From positions 639,700 through 703,699 of the forward strand of contig CAVTJJ010000006.1 in the NCBI GenBank assembly GCA_963735035.1: a DNA stretch of 64,000 nt, read 5' to 3'. Below are positions 8,810-19,731 of this stretch, piece after piece. The DNA is from an uncultured candidate division Zixibacteria bacterium (lineage in GTDB: Bacteria; Zixibacteria; MSB-5A5; GN15; FEB-12). A program made the position numbers and the translations under genes. The notes under the pieces are model-generated. The model had not been told where the DNA came from. It worked only from the letters and a program-made list of their open reading frames with translations, and did no database searches. Within the stretch, counting starts at the first letter, position 1; each line of letters starts with the position of its first letter.

Positions 8810-10978
8810 CTAGAAATGGGTCCGGTCATCGGCCGTATCGGGTGCATCCTGCCTGAGAAGCATCTGGTGGTCACCCCGGTGCAACCCGGTCGACGGGTGC
8901 AGGTGGCAAGTTACAGTCGGCTGGTTCCCCTCGATAAAGATCTCATCACGAACGTCCAGACAGCGATCAGTGGCAATCTCGCCCGATTCGGCACAGACGT
9001 CCAGATGGACGATGCCTTCCGGTTCTTCAAAATCCATAATGGGCAGGGAATCATGGGCCGCGATCATATACTCTGTCCACACCGGCACGGCATTGGTAGC
9101 GCCGTCGGCTCCACCGCCGATGGCCAGCTTGGTGTCGAACCCGATCCAGACACCCGACGTGATCTGCGGCGTAAAACCTATAAACCAGTTGTCACAGAAG
9201 TTGTTGGTCGTGCCGGTCTTGCCTCCGGCGGGACGAGTGAACCCCATCCAGCGCGCCCGCGCCGCGGTACCACCTGGTTCCATCACCGATTGCAGCAGAC
9301 TGGTCATTATGTACGCCGTCGGCGCCGACAGGACTTCGTCCTTCTGAATGGCCGTATTGTTTTCGAGCACCCGGCCGTATCGGTCGACGATTTTATGAAT
9401 GTAGCGATACGGGATGTGAATACCCCGGTTGGGGAAAGTCGAAATGGCGGAGACCATTTCCACGACTTTAACTTCACAGGCGCCGATCGCCAGAGATGGC
9501 ACCGGCTCCAGAGGCGTGGTAATACCCATCCGCCGGGCGTAGAAAATCGCTTCCTCGGGGCCGACTCTGAGAATTAACCGGACCGCCACCAGGTTGCGAG
9601 ACATCTTGATCGCGTCTCTGATGGTCAGGGGACCTTTGAACTCGTTGTCGTAATTGTGCGGCCGATACTGCTCGGCTCCCGGGATGTCGAGCACAATCGG
9701 GTTATCATCCATGATGTCAGTCGTGTTAATGCCGTTGTCAATCGCCGCCGTGTAGATAAACGGCTTGAATGAAGAACCCGGCTGACGGTTCGCCTGTACC
9801 GCGCGGTTCCACTCGGACTGGTTGAACGAGCGACCGCCAACCATGGCGAGAACATCGCCGTTTGAATTGTCGATTGAAACGAACGCCGCCTGCACCTTCC
9901 GATAGACGCGGATAGAATCGCCCCGCTCGTCGACCGTGTCCGGCTGGAACATGGTGTAGTTCTTGTCAAAGCGGCCGTAGCTCCGCTCGATATCGGCCTG
10001 TATCGAATCGACCTTCTTGAACACCGCGGCTTCGGCCACCTGCTGCAGTCGGGCGTCCAGCGATGTGAAAACTTTCAACCCACCGGAATAGAGAACGTCC
10101 TCACCGTACTTGGCGAGAATTTCGCGTCGGATTGTCTCCGTAAAATAGGGGGCTATACCTGGGTCTTCGACCGGCGGAGTAGCCTCGATCGGCGCCTGAC
10201 GAAGCGAATCGTACTGCTGCTGGGTGATCCCGCCAAAATGATAGTATGAAGTGAGTACCCGGTTTCTGGCGAGTCGAGCCTTCTCGGCGTCTTTCAGGGG
10301 AGAGTTGATGTTGGGGCCGGGGAGCATCCCGATCAGGATAGCGCAGTCGTTGATATTCAGATCGGAGACCTGTTTGTTGAAAATAAGTCGTGCTGCGGCC
10401 GCTACGCCATACGCGCCACGGCTGAAATAGTGCTGGTTGAGATACATCTCGAGGATTTCATCCTTCGAGTAAGTCCGCTCCAGTTTGACCGCGGTCATGG
10501 CCTCTTTGATTTTGCGCTCAAGTGTCTGGCTCTGGGTGAGGAAGAGCATCCGGGACAACTGCTGGGTAATGGTCGACGCGCCCCCGCGGATATCCCAGGT
10601 TACCAGATTGCCGATGGCCACGATTACGAGCCGGCGAAGGTCCACGCCCCAGTGGTCGTAGAATTTCTGATCTTCCGACGCGATCAGCATCTTTTTCAAA
10701 GCGGTCGGCATCTCTTCCAGCGGCACCAGAACGCGGTTTTCTGAGTAGAATTCCTTGAGAAGGGCGCCGTTGCGATCGTAAATGCGCGTGTTAATGCTCG
10801 GCTCAATATTGTGTAGTTTTTCGAACGAAGGGAGCTGTTCCTGATAGACGGTATAGGTGTGGGCTGCGATCACGGCCACGAGAACAACCGCCAGGCCGAC
10901 CAAAATTATGATCGAATTGCGCAGGCGGTTGCGGCCGCCCTTTTCTGCGAATACTTGTTTGCGAGCTCGGAACGACAT
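8810..10978 (-). CDS. mrcA: Class A penicillin-binding protein 1A
   Basis: N-terminal TM; EDQKFYDHWG, GASTITQQL transglycosylase motifs; SSFK, SRN and KTG transpeptidase motifs. Confidence 0.92.
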   Translation of the reverse strand: MSFRARKQVFAEKGGRNRLRNSIIILVGLAVVLVAVIAAHTYTVYQEQLPSFEKLHNIEPSINTRIYDRNGALLKEFYSENRVLVPLEEMPTALKKMLIASEDQKFYDHWGVDLRRLVIVAIGNLVTWDIRGGASTITQQLSRMLFLTQSQTLERKIKEAMTAVKLERTYSKDEILEMYLNQHYFSRGAYGVAAAARLIFNKQVSDLNINDCAILIGMLPGPNINSPLKDAEKARLARNRVLTSYYHFGGITQQQYDSLRQAPIEATPPVEDPGIAPYFTETIRREILAKYGEDVLYSGGLKVFTSLDARLQQVAEAAVFKKVDSIQADIERSYGRFDKNYTMFQPDTVDERGDSIRVYRKVQAAFVSIDNSNGDVLAMVGGRSFNQSEWNRAVQANRQPGSSFKPFIYTAAIDNGINTTDIMDDNPIVLDIPGAEQYRPHNYDNEFKGPLTIRDAIKMSRNLVAVRLILRVGPEEAIFYARRMGITTPLEPVPSLAIGACEVKVVEMVSAISTFPNRGIHIPYRYIHKIVDRYGRVLENNTAIQKDEVLSAPTAYIMTSLLQSVMEPGGTAARARWMGFTRPAGGKTGTTNNFCDNWFIGFTPQITSGVWIGFDTKLAIGGGADGATNAVPVWTEYMIAAHDSLPIMDFEEPEGIVHLDVCAESGEIATDRCLDVRDEIFIEGNQPTVTCHLHPSTGLHRGDHQMLLRQDAPDTADDRTHF

Positions 10979-11148
10979 AGTCTTGTATTTTCCCGCTTGG
11001 AGCAGGTCGGGTCAACTTAAAATACCCTTTCTCGGCGCCACTTTGATTCTTGCCCGACCGGCCACCGAAAAGTTATACTCCTCAATCCCGCTGGTGATCG
11101 GCTACTTAAATCCCTTTGAACGCCAAGCCGATATAGCGGAGATGGAGC

Positions 11149-12429
11149 ATGAGAGGCAGGTGCATGTTGAGTCAGTCTGAATTCAGCCCGTCGGTTCTGA
11201 AAGAAGTCGAACGTCAATTGGAAGTAATCGGCCGCGGTACGGTGGATATTCTCCCTCTTGACGAGATGAAAGCCAAGCTGGCCCGCTCAATTCGGGACAA
11301 CAAGCCCTTGAGGGTCAAACAGGGGTTTGATCCTACTGCACCTGATATCCATCTGGGCCATGCGGTCTGCATACGTAAGCTCAAGCAGTTCCAAGAGTTA
11401 GGCCATCAGGTCGTTCTCATCGTGGGTGACTATACCGGACTCGTAGGGGATCCATCGGGGCGTTCCGCCACCCGCCCGCAACTTGAATACGAAGTCATTT
11501 TGGAGAACGCTAAAACTTACCAGGAGCAGTTCTTCAAGATTCTGGACGCCTCCAAGACCGAAGTGGTCCGCAACGGCGACTGGTTCAAGAAGATGCAGTT
11601 CTCCGAGGTAATGCGCCTGGCCGCCAAATACACGGTCGCAAGAGTGCTCGAACGGGACGATTTCGCGATCAGGTTCAAGGAGGGGAGTCCCATTTCCGTC
11701 CATGAATTGATGTATCCTCTGATGCAGGCCTACGATTCCGTGGCGATCCGGTCAGACATCGAAATCGGCGCCACCGAGCAGAAGTTCAATCTCCTGGCGG
11801 GGCGGACCATTCAGGAAGCCTACGGTCTCGAACCCCAGTGCATTCTGACCATGCCGGTTCTGGTCGGTACCGACGGTGAACGCCGGATGTCCAAATCACT
11901 CGGGAATTACATCGGTATCGATGAAGCCCCGCGCGAGATGTTCGGCAAGGTCATGTCGATCCCTGATCGGTTGATCTACGATTATTTCCTGTACACCACG
12001 GACGCTTCGTCGAGTAAGCTGGAAGAAGTGAAACGAAAACTGTCTGATGGCGAAACCAACCCGATGGAGCTCAAACGGGAACTGGGGATAGCTATTGTTG
12101 ATGGCTACCATCCGGCTGGTTCAGGAAAAGAAGCGAGTGACGAATTTACCCGGATGTTCTCAGAGAAGGAACTTCCGGACGAGATGCCGGAGATGACTGC
12201 GAAAGACCTGAAGAAACTGGAAATCGACCCAGCGAAGATATACCTGGTGCATTTGATGACCAGGGCGGGGCTGGCGAAATCCAACAGCGAAGCCCGTCAG
12301 TTGATAGAGTCCGGCTCGGTAAAATTGGACGGCCAGAAGGTCGGCGATGTCGGCTTTGAGTTTGCCCTGGGTTCTGAAATTGTGCTCAAAGTGGGCAAAC
12401 GCAGGTACCTTCGGCTCAAGCCGAGATAG
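11149..12429 (+). CDS. tyrS: Tyrosyl-tRNA synthetase
   Basis: GFDPTAPDIHLGH, YPLMQAYD, RMSKS and C-terminal S4 domain; start may be the ATG at 11164. Confidence 0.96.
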   Translation: MRGRCMLSQSEFSPSVLKEVERQLEVIGRGTVDILPLDEMKAKLARSIRDNKPLRVKQGFDPTAPDIHLGHAVCIRKLKQFQELGHQVVLIVGDYTGLVGDPSGRSATRPQLEYEVILENAKTYQEQFFKILDASKTEVVRNGDWFKKMQFSEVMRLAAKYTVARVLERDDFAIRFKEGSPISVHELMYPLMQAYDSVAIRSDIEIGATEQKFNLLAGRTIQEAYGLEPQCILTMPVLVGTDGERRMSKSLGNYIGIDEAPREMFGKVMSIPDRLIYDYFLYTTDASSSKLEEVKRKLSDGETNPMELKRELGIAIVDGYHPAGSGKEASDEFTRMFSEKELPDEMPEMTAKDLKKLEIDPAKIYLVHLMTRAGLAKSNSEARQLIESGSVKLDGQKVGDVGFEFALGSEIVLKVGKRRYLRLKPR

Positions 12430-12484
12430 CCTGCAACTTTAGGGCGGTCCGGACATTAAACGATATGGAAGACCGACTTACTGA

Positions 12485-14131
12485 ATGAAGAAATGCAGAG
12501 TGACCCGACTGAATACAAATATACGAACGATATTAGTTCTTCTGGTAATGACCTCCGGCGTCTTGGCGGTATCCGGACGGCACGAGGCACCTCGCAAGGT
12601 AGCGGCCGACAAACAGAAAGCGGCTGAACCGGTCGCCAGGCCAAAGCCGGCCCAGCTTCCGCAGCGGGCTCTCGATTTCTATTTGGCCGGGCTGGTAGCC
12701 GAGGGGAGCGGCGATATCCCAGCCGCTACGTTGTTCTACGATTCCGCCTGGCAGTACTACCCCCAATCGGTCGAAATAGGCATAGCCTATGCCCAGGCGC
12801 TGCTATATGACCGCAAGATTCGCGAAGCACTGGAAGCGCTTCAGCGGATATCCCCGCCGGTGGCTGAGCAGCTCGGTCTCATCGCATTTTGCTATCGCCA
12901 GTTGAGCAACGACGATCTGGCCCGCGAGGCTTATCTACAGATGCTGACTCTCGATTCGAGCCGGAACGTCGGATACATGTTTCTCGCCAACTACTATCAG
13001 CAGAAGGGTAACAGCGACTCGGCGCTCTGGGCCCTCCGAAACCTGGCGCGGACCATGCCGGAAAATTATCAGGTGCTCAACGAACTGGGCAAAGCGTATA
13101 TCGTCAAGTCCGATTGGAAAGCTGCTAAGGACGCTTTCCGTCGTTCGCTCGAACTCGCCCCGCTCTCTACCAATATGGATGCCTTGCTGAATCTGGCGGA
13201 TATTTACCAGCGGAACCAACAGGCCGACTCAGTGGAACGACTCTTTGAGACGGCCGCTCAGGATCAGCCAGACAATGCTTTTCTACAGCGAGAGATCTCG
13301 CGACTGTTATTGGAGAAGGACTCGGTCAATCAAGCGCTGCCGCATTTGTGGGCGGCCGCGCGTCTGGAACCTAACGACTATTCGGCTCAGCGCCGTTTGG
13401 CAATTGTGTTGATTTCGACCGATTCTCTGGCCACCGCCGATTCCATTCTAACTTCGCTGGTGCAGGCGGGTGATTCCGAACCCGCCAACCACTACTATCT
13501 CGGACGTGTAGCCGCACTGAAGAACGACAACTACCGTGCTCGAGATGAATTTCAACTGGTGACACAGGCGGCCCCGTCGATATCCGACGGCTGGCTCTCG
13601 CTGGCCTTTGTGTACCGTCGCCTCGGGCAACCGGAAAACGAGATCGATACTTACCGGAACGCGCTAATCAAAATGACCGAGGAGAAGAACGCCGTTCAGG
13701 TTTACTTTGCGCTTGGGGCGGCGTTCGAGCAGCAAGGTCAGGTCGACTCCGCGGTCGCTACTCTCGAAACCCTTCTGCAGAACAGTCCCGACCACGCACC
13801 GTCACTCAACTACCTCGGGTACCTGTTGGCCGATCGGGGTCTGCGCCTTGAATATGCTCGTGATCTGATCGCTCGGGCGCTCAAGCAGGAACCTAAGAAT
13901 CCCGCTTATCTCGACAGTTACGGCTGGGTCTACTATCGTCTCGGTAACTTCAAGGAAGCGGTGAAGTACCTCAAGATGGCGGTCGAGCTTGACAGTGACC
14001 CGGTGATATACGATCATCTCGGCGACGCTTATCAATCTACTGGAAAAACCAAACAGGCGCGTGAATGGTGGCAGAAAGCTCTCGACCAACAGCCCGACAA
14101 CGCAACCATCAAACAGAAATTGCAGCGCTGA
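12485..14131 (+). CDS. Exported tetratricopeptide repeat protein
   Basis: Signal or anchor sequence; many TPR units; conserved C-terminal NYLGY..A.RG...AYLDSYGW.YY...IYDHLGD. Confidence 0.85.
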   Translation: MKKCRVTRLNTNIRTILVLLVMTSGVLAVSGRHEAPRKVAADKQKAAEPVARPKPAQLPQRALDFYLAGLVAEGSGDIPAATLFYDSAWQYYPQSVEIGIAYAQALLYDRKIREALEALQRISPPVAEQLGLIAFCYRQLSNDDLAREAYLQMLTLDSSRNVGYMFLANYYQQKGNSDSALWALRNLARTMPENYQVLNELGKAYIVKSDWKAAKDAFRRSLELAPLSTNMDALLNLADIYQRNQQADSVERLFETAAQDQPDNAFLQREISRLLLEKDSVNQALPHLWAAARLEPNDYSAQRRLAIVLISTDSLATADSILTSLVQAGDSEPANHYYLGRVAALKNDNYRARDEFQLVTQAAPSISDGWLSLAFVYRRLGQPENEIDTYRNALIKMTEEKNAVQVYFALGAAFEQQGQVDSAVATLETLLQNSPDHAPSLNYLGYLLADRGLRLEYARDLIARALKQEPKNPAYLDSYGWVYYRLGNFKEAVKYLKMAVELDSDPVIYDHLGDAYQSTGKTKQAREWWQKALDQQPDNATIKQKLQR

Positions 14132-15861
14132 TGCCGCACCATCGGGCGATTCGATGCACTGCGTTTATCGGCTTGCTATCAGTCGCAGTTTGGCTACTGT
14201 TTATAGGCGGCTGTGCCGAAGTCGGCCCCCCACCCGGCGGTGAGCGTGATGTGACCGGACCGCACATCGTGGAATCGTACCCGGCGAACGGCGCTTTGGG
14301 AGTAGTTCCCGACAGTTACATCCGGCTCAACTTCTCCGAAGCAGTGACGAGACCTGATAAAGGGTCGGTAGTGTTCATTTCGCCCCGCCCGATCCGTCCG
14401 CCGGAACTCAAATGGAAGTCAAGCGAACTGCTGATTAAGCTGCCGGAATTGTTTCGCGCCAACCAGACTTATGTTGTATCGATCAGTTCCAACGTTACCG
14501 ATCTGCGTCGCAACCGACTCGACAGTGCCGCCACTATCGCGTTTTCGACCGGCTCGAGCCTCGATAGCGGTCTGGTCGCCGGTCAGGTGTGGACGCCCGA
14601 ATCCAAAACAGCGGTCGGATGGATAGTCGGTCTTTATCCTTCCGGCATATTTGACACCTATCAATTTGCCGATTCGGTTTATCCGCCCTATATGACTACA
14701 GTTGGCAGCGACGGCAAATTCAGTCTGCGCCACCTGCCCAACGGGTCATTCAGTCTCCTGGCGTTTGAAGACCGGAACCGTGACGAACTGTTCAATCCAG
14801 CCACCGAGGCCTTTGCCGTATCGGACCGCAACATTGTGGTCGGTGGTCCGCTGAAGCTGGATCGTCTTAATTTGCCTGGGACGCAATTCGACTCGCTCGC
14901 GCCCGGAATCATCTCGGTCGTTCCGAACAAAGACCGACTGCTTCGAATCCGGTTGAGTCGAAAGATCAATCCGAGCTTCCTGGCTCTGAATAGCCGCTTG
15001 ACCACTCTCAAACCGATCTCGGATTCGACCGCCCCTGAGCTGCAATGCGCCGGATTCGCCGAGACCGGAGCGGAACCGTCTGATGTGGTCACACTTTACT
15101 TCCCGGACATGAATGAGGCCATCTATCGCCTCACGCTCTCGTACAGTGCCGAGGCCCCAGCTTTGGTTCGTGATTCAGTTGTGGTCAAAGCACCGAATGA
15201 TGACGCCCCGCCGGAAGTCGTGGCCTTTCTGCCGGGTGAAAAAGCGTTGTTCGTGGATCAGATCAAGTTGGGATTGACTATGTCCGAGCCGCTCAAGCAA
15301 GAGATGGTTACTGATCAATCTATCCTGCTCTGGGAGGGCGAGAAGAGAGTGGGATGCAAGCCGATCTGGGATGACGTCTTTCATCTCACCCTGAAGCCGG
15401 ATCGATTGTTGGCCGGGAAGAAATATCGTTTGGATGTGGCCGAGTCGGACTTCCGCGACCTCAGCAATAACCCCCTGGGCGATTCGCTACGCTCTTACAA
15501 GTTCTCCACTCTGGACGACGACTCCGTTGGATCGGTTACGGGCGTGCTGCTGGTCAAGATTACCGGTAAGGAAGGTCAGACAGCGATCCTGACGCTTCAA
15601 GAGCCGGCAGGCAAACAGAGCTTCGTTACGAAAGTACCCGCGTTGGGTGCAGGACATGCATCCGATCAACGGATGTTCGAATTCAAGGTCCCGCCCGGCA
15701 AGTATCTTTTGTCGGGATTCCTTGACGCCGACGGGGACGGTCGCCCCACCCCGGGCTCTATTCGTCCGTTTCGCCCGGCCGAGACCCAGGCCAACTACGC
15801 CGACACTATCGCCGTGCGGGCGCGCTTCGAGTCGGCCGGTACTCAATTTATCATAGAATAG
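14131..15861 (+). CDS. Ig-like (Big_5) domain lipoprotein
   Basis: Lipobox IGGC followed by CAEVGPPPGGERD..P; two Big_5-like segments; TGATG overlap with the TPR gene. Confidence 0.75.
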   Translation: MPHHRAIRCTAFIGLLSVAVWLLFIGGCAEVGPPPGGERDVTGPHIVESYPANGALGVVPDSYIRLNFSEAVTRPDKGSVVFISPRPIRPPELKWKSSELLIKLPELFRANQTYVVSISSNVTDLRRNRLDSAATIAFSTGSSLDSGLVAGQVWTPESKTAVGWIVGLYPSGIFDTYQFADSVYPPYMTTVGSDGKFSLRHLPNGSFSLLAFEDRNRDELFNPATEAFAVSDRNIVVGGPLKLDRLNLPGTQFDSLAPGIISVVPNKDRLLRIRLSRKINPSFLALNSRLTTLKPISDSTAPELQCAGFAETGAEPSDVVTLYFPDMNEAIYRLTLSYSAEAPALVRDSVVVKAPNDDAPPEVVAFLPGEKALFVDQIKLGLTMSEPLKQEMVTDQSILLWEGEKRVGCKPIWDDVFHLTLKPDRLLAGKKYRLDVAESDFRDLSNNPLGDSLRSYKFSTLDDDSVGSVTGVLLVKITGKEGQTAILTLQEPAGKQSFVTKVPALGAGHASDQRMFEFKVPPGKYLLSGFLDADGDGRPTPGSIRPFRPAETQANYADTIAVRARFESAGTQFIIE

Positions 15862-15894
15862 CGTTCCAACTTCACGAGTCTGAAGCTGGAGTTG

Positions 15895-15931
15895 AAAACA
15901 AGAAAGGCGGACCGGAATTGGCCCGCCTTCG
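15895..15931 (-). terminator. Rho-independent terminator of the OmpA-family gene
   Basis: Minus strand GAAGGCGGGCC-aattcc-GGTCCGCCTTTCTTGTTTT, between convergent genes. Confidence 0.7.
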
Positions 15932-15951
15932 AATCTAACCAAGACAATATC

Positions 15952-16551
15952 TTACTGTGCCTGCGGCAGGCCCCAGATAGTCAGCATCACCCGACGATTC
16001 TTCGACGCGGCATTCTTTTGATCGGGAAGAGCGACCGGCTTCTCCGCACCGTACGAGTTGATAAACATCCGGAAGAGTGACACGCCGAACTTCTCGGCGA
16101 GGTATCTCCGAGCGGCGTTGGAGCGCTTCTCACCCAGCGTGAGATTGTACCCGGCGCTGCCGGTCTTGTCGGTGTGGCCGACAATTTCAACCAGGGCGTA
16201 GGGAACCTGTTCCAGCTTGGCGCCGGCCTGATCCAATACGGACGCAGCCAGCCCGTCGATCTCGTAGCTGTCGAATCCGAACCTAATTTCGCCGGTCCAG
16301 ATGACCTGGTATTTCTCGAAACCGGAGGCCTTGTTGATGGCCATATCGGTCTTTTCGCCAAGTTGCAGCGCCAATTGTTGAAGCTTCGCCACCTCGGCGG
16401 CGTTGGCATCGGTCTTTTCCTGAAGCGCCTTCACGTCGAGGGCGGTCTTGGCTTCAGAAGTGGCTATCTGCTCTGAAACATATTGTTTATTGACCCCGCA
16501 AGCGCCGAGTAAGAGCAGGGCACACACGCTGAGTATGGTAAGACTTCTCAT
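15952..16551 (-). CDS. OmpA-family peptidoglycan-binding lipoprotein with N-terminal coiled coil
   Basis: Lipobox LGAC; F.FDS, GHTD..G...YN..LG.KR, SYG and NRRV OmpA motifs. Confidence 0.9.
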   Translation of the reverse strand: MRSLTILSVCALLLLGACGVNKQYVSEQIATSEAKTALDVKALQEKTDANAAEVAKLQQLALQLGEKTDMAINKASGFEKYQVIWTGEIRFGFDSYEIDGLAASVLDQAGAKLEQVPYALVEIVGHTDKTGSAGYNLTLGEKRSNAARRYLAEKFGVSLFRMFINSYGAEKPVALPDQKNAASKNRRVMLTIWGLPQAQ

Positions 16552-16657
16552 GATGTTCCTTCCTTTCCTTTGGAAAGCAACGGCTTCCTGATATTCGCCG
16601 CTTTATGCTATCGGCCGGTTGAACCCGACGCAAGAGAAAAGTTCACCCTGCCGGACC

Positions 16658-17485
16658 CTATTGTTTGACCGCTCCGGCCGTAATACCCGAAACAATCTGC
16701 CTTTGCATGAACAAAAAGACGATCAATATCGGCACCACCGCGACTGTCGATCCCGCCATAAGATGCGGCCAATCGATGGCCTGATGGCCCTGATAGAGCG
16801 AAAGAGCCACCGGGAGGGTGCGAAGAGACGCGCGCGACGTCAGGATGAACGGAAACAGGAATGAATTCCAGTTAGTGAAGAACACCTGAATTGCCAGCAC
16901 GCCCAAGGCCGGTTTGCAGAGGGGCATGACAATGCGGAAGACTATCCGCAACTCGCCGGCTCCATCTACCCGGGCGGCTTCTTCCATCGAAGGCGGCAAC
17001 GCCTCGATGTACTGCTTGACGAGAAATATGCCTATCGGATTGACCAGCCAAGGGAGAATCAGCGCCCAATAGCTGTCGTAGATGCCGGCTTTGAGGCAGA
17101 TCAGATAGAGCGGGATGATTACGATATGAATCGGGATCATCAGCACGAACAGAGCGGCCCCAAACAGCAATTTGTGTGTCAGAGTCCGGTAGCGCGCCAG
17201 TCCATACGCGGCCAGGAAACAGAAGACAATATTGCCGAGCGTTACAACACCGCCGACCAATATAGAATTGAACAGCGCCCTTCCAATATCCGCTTGTGTG
17301 AACAGGTCGCGAAAGTTCTGGAACGTCCAGGTCGATGAAACCAGGGCGCTCAGATCGGTTCCGTCCGACGGCAACATGAACGACACACGAAACATCCAGA
17401 GTAGCGGAAAGAGCATCGTCAGCGCCACCAGGCCCAGTGCGACGTACCGCAACGTCAGAGAGATGGTGCCTTCCCGACCTACCAT
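16658..17485 (-). CDS. Carbohydrate ABC transporter permease (MalG-type)
   Basis: EEAARVDGA (EAA loop), WNSFLFP, GITAGAVK. Confidence 0.92.
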   Translation of the reverse strand: MVGREGTISLTLRYVALGLVALTMLFPLLWMFRVSFMLPSDGTDLSALVSSTWTFQNFRDLFTQADIGRALFNSILVGGVVTLGNIVFCFLAAYGLARYRTLTHKLLFGAALFVLMIPIHIVIIPLYLICLKAGIYDSYWALILPWLVNPIGIFLVKQYIEALPPSMEEAARVDGAGELRIVFRIVMPLCKPALGVLAIQVFFTNWNSFLFPFILTSRASLRTLPVALSLYQGHQAIDWPHLMAGSTVAVVPILIVFLFMQRQIVSGITAGAVKQ

Positions 17486-18351
17486 AAGGGTCTCTTTCTC
17501 CGCAGCAATAAGAATTGAACTATAGAGAAGATTCCAATTATCATAAAGAGGATGTAGGCCGCGGCAGACGCGTACCCCATCCGGAACGCCGTAGTCAACC
17601 CTTGTTCATAAATGTAATAGACACCCGTGGCAGTGTTGAATTTCCCTTTGGTCATTATGAAGATTTCTACGAACACCTGAAATGATTTAATCGAATTGAT
17701 CACAACTACAAAAAGCATGACCGGTCGCAAGAGCGGCAGAGTAATTGAAGAGAACGTCCTTGCCCGAGAGGCCCCTGCTATTTCCGCAGTCTCGTACAGC
17801 TCGTCCGGAATACTCTGCAGGCCCGCGAGGAAGATCAGCATGTAATAGCCGAGGGACATCCAGACATCCATCGCCATTATCGCATACAGAGCTGTACCAC
17901 TATCGTAAAGATACCCGTTGACCGGTGCCTGCAACCCGATCATCTCGGCCAGGAAGGCAATGTAGCCGCCCCGAGAATACAGGTTCGTGAAGATCAGCGA
18001 AATTACTACGAGAGAGGTAATCGACGGCAGGAAGAACGCCGAGCGAAAGAAGGCTCGTCCCCTAAACTGGCGATTGACCAACAAAGCCATGGCCAAGGAC
18101 AAGACAGTCGTAATCGGGATTGTCCAAAGGACGAATACAAAAGTATTCCAGAGTGATGACAGAAAGGCCGGGTCAATCAGGAGTTGACGATAGTTGTCCC
18201 AACCCACCCATTGGTAGTCAGCCGCAAGGAGGCGGTAGTCGGTGAAACCGATCACGAACGAATAGACTACGGGGAAGGCCCAGAACAAGACGAAAGTGAG
18301 CGTCCACGGTGAAGAGAGACTCAAACCGAGCGACGATCGGGATGACGTCAT
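17479..18351 (-). CDS. Carbohydrate ABC transporter permease (MalF-type)
   Basis: LAGLQSIPDELYETAEIAGA, ITLPLLRP, MGYASAAA. Confidence 0.92.
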   Translation of the reverse strand: MTSSRSSLGLSLSSPWTLTFVLFWAFPVVYSFVIGFTDYRLLAADYQWVGWDNYRQLLIDPAFLSSLWNTFVFVLWTIPITTVLSLAMALLVNRQFRGRAFFRSAFFLPSITSLVVISLIFTNLYSRGGYIAFLAEMIGLQAPVNGYLYDSGTALYAIMAMDVWMSLGYYMLIFLAGLQSIPDELYETAEIAGASRARTFSSITLPLLRPVMLFVVVINSIKSFQVFVEIFIMTKGKFNTATGVYYIYEQGLTTAFRMGYASAAAYILFMIIGIFSIVQFLLLRRKRPLW

Positions 18352-19628
18352 TTCCTGTGGATGTCCGTGATGGTTTTCTGCAATATGCGCAGCGTCTCAC
18401 CTGGGAGCGCGTTCTCGAAAAGCACTTTCTCGACCGCTTTTTCGATCTCGGCTTCGATCAGCACCCAGTCAGGATCGACCGGCGGATGCTCGGAAAGATT
18501 CAACTGCATTACAAAAGTCTGCAGATTCGGGTTTGACTGGAAATACTTGTCCTGCTGAGCGGTGCGACTCGACGGATTCGCCGACCGATTGGCTTTGCAG
18601 AATCGCAGTTGGTTCTCAGGTGAAGTAATAAAATCTATCAGCTTTTGAGCCGCTGCCTGTTGGGCAGACTTGGCGCTAACGGCCAGGAACTCGCCTCCCT
18701 CGAAAGACTTTCCGGGATAGACTGCGGATTGCAACCCGGATACGAATGGGCGACCGGTGCCAAAAGTCGGATCAGGTCCCGGCATTAGACTGGTCGCGAA
18801 ATCGATCTTACGATTCTCCAATTCGATCCGTTTGAGAAGCCAATCGCCCGACATTATGACACCAATCTTCCCATCCAGGAAGGCATCTTCGATACCGCGC
18901 TGATCGGCCACGTAGCCACAGCAATCGTGCAACTTCTTGTAGAATTTGAGGGTCTCGACCGCTTTTTGCGACGCGATCACGCAGTACTTGTTGTCATCGG
19001 AGAAGATATGGCATTTCGCCGACCAGAAGAACGGCATGAATTTCTTGTAAAGCCGATGAGTCTCGGCGGTATTGGAGCCCCAGCCGTAGGTGTTCTTTCC
19101 CAGAGCGGTTACCCTCTGGATAGCGGTATCAAGATCGTCCCAGGAAAGGGGCATGAAATCGCGGGCGTACCCAGCGCGGCCCAACAAGGTGCGATTAAGG
19201 AAGAGGACACGGGTCCCAAGGATCCAGGGTTTGGCATAGATCCTCTCGTTATAGCGGGCCATTGACCAGCCCTGATATTCCAGCTTCTGCGTGGCGACCT
19301 GGTCGGTCAGGTCGGCCAGTTGACCGGTCGCGGCGAATTGGGCAATCCAGTCAGAGCCGAGCTCGACCACGTCTGGAGCCGTCCCCGAAGCGAAAGCGAT
19401 AGCAATCTTCTCATTGCCGTTGGCCCAGGTCAGATCGGTCACGTTGACACGAATGCCCGGATTTTGCTTCTGGAATTCTTCGACCATGGACGTAATGGTC
19501 GGTCTGATTTCCGGATCGGTCCAAAATTGCCACCATTCGAGAGTGGTCTGAGCCGAAAGAGCCGGTGCCAGAACGAGACAAATCAGGAACAATATCAAGC
19601 TGCATTGACGCATATTTACATTCTCCAC
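18348..19628 (-). CDS. Sugar ABC transporter solute-binding protein (family 1)
   Basis: Signal peptide; FQKQNPGI.V, APDV, F.DGKIG.I.SG.W; precedes two permeases. Confidence 0.88.
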   Translation of the reverse strand: MENVNMRQCSLILFLICLVLAPALSAQTTLEWWQFWTDPEIRPTITSMVEEFQKQNPGIRVNVTDLTWANGNEKIAIAFASGTAPDVVELGSDWIAQFAATGQLADLTDQVATQKLEYQGWSMARYNERIYAKPWILGTRVLFLNRTLLGRAGYARDFMPLSWDDLDTAIQRVTALGKNTYGWGSNTAETHRLYKKFMPFFWSAKCHIFSDDNKYCVIASQKAVETLKFYKKLHDCCGYVADQRGIEDAFLDGKIGVIMSGDWLLKRIELENRKIDFATSLMPGPDPTFGTGRPFVSGLQSAVYPGKSFEGGEFLAVSAKSAQQAAAQKLIDFITSPENQLRFCKANRSANPSSRTAQQDKYFQSNPNLQTFVMQLNLSEHPPVDPDWVLIEAEIEKAVEKVLFENALPGETLRILQKTITDIHRK

Positions 19629-19731
19629 ATAGATGGCTCAAGAAGGACCTAACAGTCGCATTGGTCAATTAAAATATCTTTTAGTTGATCGACCCGCTCC
19701 CGGTCTAATCTCTTACAGGGTGGTACATTTG

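Noticed and set aside
8619..8813. 64-aa ORF MPEAGIEPAW...
   Set aside because: Antisense translation of tRNA-Leu
10979..11160. T-box or riboswitch upstream of tyrS (also checked leuS and proS)
   Set aside because: No T-box consensus (AAGGTGGxACC), specifier stem or terminator visible
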